Below the pieces are notes generated by a model, which searched no databases, was not told the origin of the DNA, and was given only the letters and a program-made list of their open reading frames with translations. Positions 55,514-64,000 of a DNA stretch of 64,000 nt are shown here, piece after piece. Position 1 is the first letter of the stretch. The number at the start of each line of letters is the position of its first letter. Source of the DNA: Dimorphilus gyrociliatus (taxonomy: Eukaryota > Animalia > Annelida); contig CAJFCJ010000013.1 in assembly GCA_904063045.1 (NCBI GenBank), positions 1,625,159 to 1,689,158 of the forward strand. The letters run 5' to 3'. The position numbers and the translations under genes were made by a program.

Positions 55514-56502
55514 GAAGTTTGTTGCTTTCAATATCATCGTTATGTAAAATATTACGATTTGGACCGAATTTTTTGTTGAAACATGATATGCATTCTGTCA
55601 TAATTATAGAATTTTCTTCATCTTTATGTTCTTCATACCGTACAAAGTTTCCCTTGGATTCATATATCTGTGTCTGTTCCATGCCGATGTTGTTATTTTC
55701 TTCATACTGAATAGTATCGTTTTGTTCACTTTTCGGGAATATACTTTCGGCCGTAAAATAAAAAATACCACTAGATGAACTGTTGCTTTCTTTCAAACGT
55801 TTTAAAGGGAAAATTGATTTCAGACTTTCCATTGGTAATTGTGATTCGAGCGGTCTTTTGCGTAGTACAACCTTTTTAGGTGTCAAAATTTCTGTTTGCA
55901 CAGATTTATCGCAAAACTTTATTAGTTGCGGACCATTGTTCGCTGGATTCGATGCTGTAGATTGAATGGAATTGTCTCTTTTATCAGTGGCATTCCGAAT
56001 CTGAGAATCAGAATTTCTATGATTTGAGTCTCTCTTATCGGAACTAGGCTTTACTTCAATGTCCGTTTGTATACCTTCTCGCAAACTTTCAATGGGTATC
56101 TCTTGGACATACGTTGACACGCTTGATTCAGCTCCATTGGGACTTTTGATTTTAACAGTTATCTTTATAGTCGTGCTACCATTAACTTTGCTATGTCCTG
56201 AGTCACAACTGCCTCTACAAGTCTGCTCTCCAAGCCGTCCATAAACAGAAGATTCTTCAAAAGTACTTTCTTTGTTGTCTTTCAACATTCTGAGCTCCTC
56301 GATAGAGCCAGAAGATTGTGATAACTTGTCTAAAGCATGAAAGATATATAAATTAAAATGAAAAAAAACTAAGTAATAACTATGTCTAAACGGCATGGTC
56401 AGACATCGTCCATATTGAAATACCAAGTTTTTTCTTTAACAATGGAATTGGAAGTTGAAAATTATGAAAAAGATTACTTTATTTACCTCTATCTTCACTC
56501 AT
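49829..56502 (-). CDS. Clustered mitochondria (CLU/CLUH)-like protein, divergent, with a very long N-terminal low-complexity extension
   Basis: Start exon 56502-56487 (MSEDR); 2.6-kb exon 56329-53715; CLU_N-like exons (LSVVE|EPYT); LSKWHPPTAERKRRGDFLYLYVET...RGFFIN...FNPKP; TPR-like C-terminal exon 51240-49975. The track stop at 49971 lies within a GTAAGT donor, and a 67-nt intron leads to a probable final exon 49907-49829. Confidence 0.82.
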
Positions 56503-57139
56503 TCACGAAAATAAGTCGTATTGACAAGTAGAAAAAAAGAATATTACGATATTTTTGCTGCACTGTTCTCGCGCCAAATTATTAATATGGAATTGAGGCT
56601 GGATAAGATACGAAAATGATTATTTATAATTTTTAAATATTATTATTTTTAATAAGCTATAAATTTTATCCATTATATTTCGAAATAGATAATAATGGTT
56701 AAAAATACGCAAAATTATAAAAAATAAAGGTCAAGCGATGTATTTGATTGTTGTTTTCAGCTTTAGACTAGCGGACTCTTTTTTTTATTCAGGAATTGCG
56801 TCATGGACATAAAAAGCGCCTAAATACTGTTTTTCAATTATGATTTTTTTGTTAAATTTATTATCATCAAACTTTGAAAGTTATCATAAAAAATTTCAAT
56901 GTTCTAATACGCGTACTCAATTGAGTAGATTATCGCTCAAAATCGAATGCACAGTCACGTGTTATATATGTTCTTTACTTTATGAACCAATTTATATTTT
57001 TTATATATAAATGCACTTACTACACTAAAGCAACATATTTTATAGTTTTAAGAGAAATGTATTTTTTATAAAAAGTACAAAGATTATTTTAACATATACA
57101 AAAGTTATTGTATTGCACATTTTATTTAAGAGTTGATTG

Positions 57140-58065
57140 GAGACATGAAAATTGCTGAGCGTTGAAGTTTTGTACATCACTTCTTTCCTTTTCAAAGCAG
57201 CTGAAAGAGCCACGTCAGTCGTCCGAGAACATCAGCGCACAAACTTGATTCGCAATCGTTCGTTGAGGTCCTCGTTACTGCACAATGGTCTTAGCAAAGT
57301 AGTTAAAAAGTAGATGAATCTTTAAGAGTTTCAAATTATTGATGTCAAAAATTGTGATTTATGAAATCAAGATATCGGTCATTGGGTACAATTTGAACCT
57401 GACGTCCAACAAATTGTCTCCAATAACCGATAGCCAAATTCCATAATATCTCTCGTTGTCTGTTCAAAAGTCATGAGCTACCACATGATGCGAAACGCTG
57501 GTTCATTGCAAACAGCGATTGCATGCAAGTGATACATCATCACCCTTTTAAAAATATCATATTTGAAAAAAAAAAAATAAACTTATTTTAATCAAATGAA
57601 AAAATAATATCTCTTTACCGTATCTGTACCTCTCTAAGGTGACTATGCCGCCGTGAAAGTGCCATTGAATTGCATACTATTTCAATGAATAACAAAATAG
57701 CACACGGAATTCATGGTACTTTACCGGCTTCATAATTCAAAAACCTTACAAGATATTCTTTTTCAAGTTAATGACAAACCTTCTTCAGTCTCAAAAAAAA
57801 GAAAATGGCGGATTGCCGTGGCTTAAACAAAGTACAGCAATTGTTAAGCGGGAAGCTTGACTTTCAAACAGTCTGCATCCTTCAGCAAATTGTTGATGTG
57901 TTGTTTTATATCTTCATCAGTAACTGGGGAAAAAAACGACGTTAGAAAAGTGTGGCCTAAATGGCAATAATATACGATATCGAGAAAATTAGCATTCTTT
58001 ATCCGGATGACTGCAAATGTTTTTTTGCACAGATGACTGACTATACACAAGGCAATAAAGAGCAT
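57140..58065 (-). pseudogene. Degenerate caspase-family (peptidase C14-like) pseudogene
   Basis: Reading across at least 3 frameshifts and several stops gives IALCIV...R...LGHTF...VTDEDIKQHI...IAVLCLSHG (57815-26)...LLFIEIVCNS (Cys 57672-74)...YGIWLSVI...STL, in caspase p20/p10 motif order and spacing. Manual alignment only. Confidence 0.5.
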
Positions 58066-59386
58066 GCGTAGAATGTATCACTTTCATAAAAAAAGCTTGT
58101 TTCGAAATGTCACGCTTTTTAGATTTTTGTTCAAAAACATTTCTTTTCTAAAAGCTTAATTCTTACATAACATAACTTTCGCCGAAGTAACGTTTTTAAG
58201 TGACGTTTTAATGTACACTAAATGTTCATATTGGCGCTGTTAAACTATTTCTATACTTACGGATATTGGAGCACATACCGTCGACCTCGTCTCCATTACC
58301 AAAAGAAAGTAGTTCAAGTAAGTTTTCATGACGTCATAAAGCGGAACTATCAATCGCGTCTGCGCAAAAAGATCTTTAAAAAATGAATGATGATTGGCTT
58401 TCAAAAAAAAAACAACTGAAGAGTCGTTATTTGAACATTATCAACCAGGGATATTGTTTAAAGTTTTGCTCTCCCACTCGAAAAGTATCAACAGGCTTAA
58501 AAAAAGAAATACTTATATTCTATTAATGTTGCACTTTCTTCACAAAAGATGAAGAGTTGCTCCCCACTGGCGAAAAGGTTGATCTTGAACTTTGAAGTTT
58601 CTTCTCGTCGAACTTGCATATTGACTGGAGAACCGATCATTCGGTGAACATATATACCCTTATGCTAATTAGACAAGAGTTGGCTCCAGTAATGTGTCGT
58701 TGATTGGTCGACAGCTAAACAGGCATCTGCGTCAAAAGTGCGGAGAACTTTTTAACAAAGAAGTGTCAAATCTGTAATGGAAACCAAGAAAATGTAATAA
58801 TTTAAACTTTTTAATTTTAATTCAAACAATATTTTGACGGAAAAGAAAACATTCAAATATAAAAAGTATTTCCAATTCATTTTGATACATATAAGTTTAC
58901 TTTTCAATCTTTTCTTTAAACATTTATCTTACATCTCTTTTTATAATTATCAAAAGAAACCAAAGGATTTATATATAGCATTGATGAATAAACGTAGATT
59001 TAGTAAAAAAGTAAAGCAAACAATTTGATATTACTAATTAAACTTGTATTTATTATCAAAATTATTATTAATTATCAAAGCGACATCTGTTGCATAATTC
59101 GCTATATTAATAAGAATTGACGAAAAAAATTCCGAACAGATTTTCTGCCGTCTTTATTATTATGCATGGAATATCGCTCAACTGTTTCAAATTGTAGCAA
59201 ATTCGCTAATTACAGTTGTAAATCCATACGATTGGGATAGATTTGTTCGGCGATAAAATGTCTCGCAGAAGTTCAATCTGCCAATAGAAGAATAGGAATT
59301 TTTTAAGTATTAGATAAAGCGAGAGAAGAGTGGGAGGATCAATTGTTTTTCTTACAACTTTGTTAGGAAATTGTATAATATTCTAA

Positions 59387-60462
59387 ATGGCAGTGGGAAT
59401 GAAAGTACTTCTCCTCGTTCCCAATCTTATAGGTTAAAGATTTTAAACAATTTTTAAAAATATATATGTGTCATTTTAATTTTGACGCATAAGTTCACTA
59501 TTAACTTTTCAGGTTATGTAAGATTGTTACTGGTTGTTTTTTCCTGGCTATACTATTACAACCAACCGTCTACTTCATTCCTATTTTACTTAGTCTTTGC
59601 AGGATTGGATAGTGAGCCGTATATATTTACATCGAAAAAATATCGACATAGTTTCTTTTCTTTACAGTATTTGATGGAATGATAGCTAGAAAGTTGAGGC
59701 AAGTCTCGGAGTTTGGGGCTTGGTTTGATGTGATATTAGACTTATTAGGTCGTGGTATGTTGTGGTGTAGACTATTCTCGGTTCGTTATCATTCAGTTAT
59801 CAAAATATAATTTTTTACAATCTTGATTACTTATGCTACAGTTCCTAATGCGTAGTGTAGTAAATATTCAGTGTTTATAAAGATAATACCTTATAACTAC
59901 TTATTTATACATAATTGCATTTAAGCAAGAGGTCTATTTATTTTCAAATTACAGTTCGGATATCTTATAGCCTGTCTTGAATGGTTAACGTTTACTTCAA
60001 CCTATGCAAAAAAGGGCTCAGACTGGAAAGTCATAACTATAAACGATCCATTTATAGTAAAAAAAGTTATGGAAAATAGTAAATTTAATTATTTCATTCG
60101 TCGTTCCAATTAATTCATTATTTCTCTTTCTTTGTCATCTATAGACTTTAAAACAGTTTATGGATTTATTGCTATATCCGGACTACACATACTACCAATC
60201 ATCCTCTATGTATTTAAGTATAAAATATATGATGGAATTGTACCAGAGATGCTAATTTTGATTTGTATTGTAACATTTTCAATGGGAAGAGTATTGTGCG
60301 GCTTTGTAGAAGTAAATCATTTATTTCTAGATTATATATATGTATAATTGTCTTTTACACTTTCAGACTTGGTACGTAGCTAAGTTTATTATGCATCTCT
60401 TAAACAAAGTTGACGATAAGGACAATGAACAACAAGTACAAAAGCAGAATGAAAATAGTTGA
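59387..60462 (+). CDS. CDP-alcohol phosphatidyltransferase, phosphatidylinositol synthase (CDIPT)-like paralog
   Basis: VLLLVPNLIGYVRL; signature DGMIARKLRQVSEFGAWFDVILD (59673-59741); GRGMLW...CLEWLTF; ISGLHILP; six short GT-AG exons. Confidence 0.88.
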
Positions 60463-61046
60463 GTACATAGAACAAAAGAAAATCAGGAATTTAATTAAAG
60501 TGAACTTTGATTTATAGAAAAAAAAAGCCAAAAACTTATTATCTGAAACTATTATCTACAATATACAGTATATATATATATATATAATTTATATATGTAA
60601 GAAGATAGCCGCCTTTCAAATGATTAAATACAAATTTTATTTCTATTCCTTATACCCCCTTCTCTCCCCCCTCCCGCCTTTTTTTTTCTTTCTTTCTCAA
60701 TGACATTCTTTACTTATTTAACAATAGAACGACTACAACTTTTAATAATTCTATCGGTTTATATAAAAAAATATTATTACGTTGTAAAATTTGTATATTT
60801 GATCTTCTCTTGTCTATTTTATATAAATAATCTATAATAGAGATGTATCTATTAGTTACCATTTTGTTTACTGACATTCAATTAACAGCATTATTATATA
60901 GTATATTTGACAAGGAATTTTGGATAGTTTGCAAGATGGCGCAGTTGTCAATTCGTCCATCTAGTGTCTATTTCTCGTAAAATTTGTGACTGAAAATCAG
61001 GAATCTTCTCATGGCGATCCAACAAACAAAATACGTAGAGAAATAT

Positions 61047-61255
61047 GGGTCTGGGAGAAAACGGCCCATTTCTTGGTGTTTAACCCTAACCCTAACCCAC
61101 CAGTTAACAAAGATTTCCTTCCACTTTTTGCTTCCTAACCCTCAGTTCAGCCCTACACGAACTGAAAAAGATCAAAATGAAATTTTTCCTAACCCTAAAA
61201 ATGTCCAAAAACTTATCCTAAACTTTAGCCAACTGGGCCGTTTTCTCCCAACCCC
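61047..61255. mobile_element. Non-autonomous DNA transposon (MITE), 209 bp, 22-bp TIRs, 9-bp TSD
   Basis: Left TIR GGGTCTGGGAGAAAACGGCCCA (61047-68) vs right TIR reverse complement GGGGTTGGGAGAAAACGGCCCA (61234-55), 20/22 identical. Flanked by the direct repeat GAGAAATAT at 61038-46 and 61256-64. Confidence 0.85.
61081..61098. repeat. Interstitial telomere-like (TAACCC)3 repeat inside the MITE
   Basis: taaccctaaccctaaccc, plus isolated CTAACCCT copies further inside the element. Confidence 0.8.
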
Positions 61256-61808
61256 GAGAAATATAGCTATTAGACTCTTAACAGGTGAATGATCAGTACG
61301 ATATTTAAATATCTTCCTCTGCTACCTGTTCCAGTAACCTTGAAATTTAGCCTAATTCATCAATAAATCATTTTAAAAGACAATTTAGTAGGTCAAAACC
61401 ATCAATTCGATCATTCAGTTGAAAAAAGAATAATTTGTTTAAAAAAAAAAAGTAGTGTATAAGTGTCAAAAGCTTACTATCCCCATTGTAATATACAAAA
61501 AAGAGTGGCTTTTTGAAATTTTGAATGCCTTTTACTTTTCAAAGTGTATAAAAGCTTATTGTATGTAACTACTAATGTACGCGTTAGAAATGAAATTGAA
61601 CCAAATCATTTAAATAATAAAATCGAAACACATAACTTTATCTATAGATATATTCTTTGTTTTAGGGCGAAATATGAAAAAACGTACTCTTTGATTCAAA
61701 GTGTAATGAAAGTGCTGATATCATTAATTATAGTTATTTCCTTTTACATTAATTTTAAATTAGCAACTAGTTGATTCATAAAAAGTAGCTAACCAAAATT
61801 GCAAATAT

Positions 61809-63456
61809 TTACAACATATAGGTAGCGAAAAGTAAGATTATTAGAGAAAAGCTACTGTACAATAAGCAACTTGCAGATGAAGTTTCACCAGGCTTTGCTT
61901 CAAATTTGAGCACTTTTCTGTTATTTAACTTTTGAATTGACCTATAATTGGCATATCCGTGCGAAAAATGAATATCTTGAAATATCGAAAGCTAAAACAA
62001 ATATATACATGTTAGTATACATATAGAAAATTGATAATTAATTAATTTATTTACTTGATATTGCGATATTTCAATTGGTGTTTCGAAAACTGACCATATA
62101 ACGTCTTCGTCGCAATTTGGTGTGGTTAAGCTACCATAATATCTGTAGAAGACTTTCATGTTCGAGGGTAAAAAGCTTTTGATATTAACGTCAATATTAA
62201 TTTTTGCATCTTCAGCTTTAATCTTTGGAACTTCAGCTGCTATGCTATCAAATTTGGTATTATTTTTGTCAACAACCTAAAAAAAAGAAAATTAGTAATT
62301 AATAAAAATAAATAAAAAAAAAACGTTAATAAAGAGTTGAGAGACGGAGACAGAAAATATTATATTTACTTTAAACACAAATCCGAGAACGGCATGCTGT
62401 TGTCCATATTCTTGATCACCATTCTTAGTTACAATATGAAGCTGTATGAATACAAATAATACAGATGACCATTAATATTAAATTGACGAACGAATTTAAT
62501 TGTCTTTAAAAATTTTACCTCCAATGGAAATTCTTTGCCATCTATTGTATGTTCAGCTCCACTTTTCGAATCATTCGCCCAATGAAAATGTAACTGCAAA
62601 GCCTGGTAAGTTCCATTTAAACCGCCATTCTCAATAGACAATCCAGAACCTTCCAAATCCAATAGAACTGTAAAGATAAAATAAAGTATATTGAATGACT
62701 TTTAATAAAAATACTATACAGTATTTATAACGAGTAAATGGTCTGCAAACGAAAATAGGATGAAAATATAAAACCGATAGAAAATTCTTTTCTTTCTTGA
62801 TATTAAGTAAAAGAATTTTTTTTCAAAAGCTATTCGATTTCTTTCAAAAAAATTTAAGCCTAAGGGGGCTCGGTCTTAATTCGTTCCCACCAACAAGGGA
62901 GTACACCCCATGACCTCACTTTCAAAAATGCGCCCCTATTATCAAAGAAAATTACATAATGTATAGAATGTTTGGAATTTTATGCTTGAAATGTCCCTTG
63001 AATTCCACACAAATTAAGATAATTATATAAATTTAATAATAATAATAATAATTAGAACTTACTAGTTTTTCCAGTATGTTTAAATTCTCGAGATTTAAGG
63101 TCTTTGTCGAAATTAGTTAGGGTAAAATTTTTCCATTCTGGAGATTTTTCGGCTTTTGCTGTAATAATATCAATGGGAGATTGCCTCGTACCATTTGTAC
63201 ATTTTCCAGGCCAGTTTTCTTAAAAAAAAAGGAGAAAAAGGTTAAATTGGCGAAATAAATGGCCAGAACGCTTCGATACAATCTGGCAAGAAATATGTAC
63301 TTACCTTCTTCTCCATATTTCCAGTTACCCTCTGCCGCACCTGTACATTTTTATTCATTAAGTAGGAAACTCGATTATTAATTAGTTATTGTAATAGTTA
63401 CCGTTTACAGAAGGTGAAAGAAAAGTAATGCAGGCAATAAATAGTAAAGTCTTCAT
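61809..63456 (-). CDS. Alpha carbonic anhydrase, secreted/GPI-anchored (CA4-like)
   Basis: Signal peptide MKTLLFIACITFLS; RQSPIDI; QLHFHW..GAEHTIDG..FPLELHIV (three Zn His); YYGSLTTPNCDEDVIW; NYRSIQ; hydrophobic C-terminal GPI-type signal. Confidence 0.93.
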
Positions 63457-64000
63457 TGCTACTGGGGTGTTTCCAAAATGAAATGGTGTAGCAAAGAGTC
63501 AGTTGCTCTTCCAACGATCCAATCAGAATAAAGCTATGCCTTTCAAACGAGGTAGATATTCAATACGCTTGATTTAAAATACAGTGGCTGAGCACTAGGG
63601 TAAAAAAAATTAACGCTGAAAATTCAATATGTTTACCATACGTCCTACATAAAGGATATGGAATGTTTGAAGAAAACAATAGAATAAAAACTCTTTTGAT
63701 AAAAAGAGAAAAATGATAAAATTTCTCTTAAATTGAAACAAAAGAAACAAAAATAAATGATAAGGAGAGAGATTGAATGATAAAAATACGAAAATTAAGT
63801 TTATGATATCAAATAAAAGCTGCTAAATGCTTTCCAATGTTAATATTGATCTTGTAAATATTTTATTGATTAATAATTCTGTATATTACCTTCTTATTTA
63901 AACACCGTGTATGAACCCTTTCAATGGAGTTTGCGTTATCTATAAACAAAAAATTTCAATCATTTCAATAGTTCTACATAGAATAAAACATTAAGAATCT

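Noticed and set aside
54026-56244. Several overlapping or antisense ORFs of 60-112 aa
   Set aside because: They are shadows of the long low-complexity minus-strand CLU exon and have no independent motifs.
62850-63000. GC-richer insert in a carbonic anhydrase intron with TAAGGG/CCCTT ends
   Set aside because: The terminal match is only about 5-6 bp with no clear TSD; it may be a TE remnant but is unsupported.
1-64000. rRNA, tRNA, CRISPR arrays, prokaryotic operons, autonomous transposase or reverse transcriptase ORFs
   Set aside because: None seen; the window is spliceosomal-intron-rich animal DNA and no intact transposase ORF was recognised.

Overview
AT-rich, gene-dense eukaryotic (animal) genomic DNA with many short GT-AG introns (often 60-80 nt) and abundant (TA)n/(AG)n microsatellites. 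A variant ionotropic receptor suggests a protostome invertebrate with a compact genome; I cannot confirm the species. About 15 protein-coding genes were reconstructed by hand: MADD (partial), a tetraspanin, a yippee-like gene missing from the ORF track, a selenocysteine iodothyronine deiodinase, a small secreted-peptide candidate, two tandem neprilysin-like (M13) genes, an ionotropic receptor, an intronless nucleotide-diphospho-sugar transferase, COMMD6, flotillin-2, RNF5/185, PLC-delta, a CLU-domain protein, a CDP-alcohol phosphatidyltransferase and a GPI-anchored alpha carbonic anhydrase. Strongest observations: (1) two ORF-track ORFs are one selenoprotein, joined by an in-frame TGA in GSCTUPPF, with a canonical SECIS hairpin in the 3' UTR; (2) both M13 paralogs have lost HExxH; (3) a 209-bp MITE has 22-bp TIRs, a 9-bp TSD and internal telomeric repeats; (4) TA-CAG-TA motifs recur inside TA repeats and look like Tc1/mariner excision footprints; (5) a decayed caspase-like pseudogene; (6) CTCF-like motifs near gene 5' ends. 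No rRNA, tRNA or CRISPR array was supported. All family assignments are from remembered motifs, not database searches.
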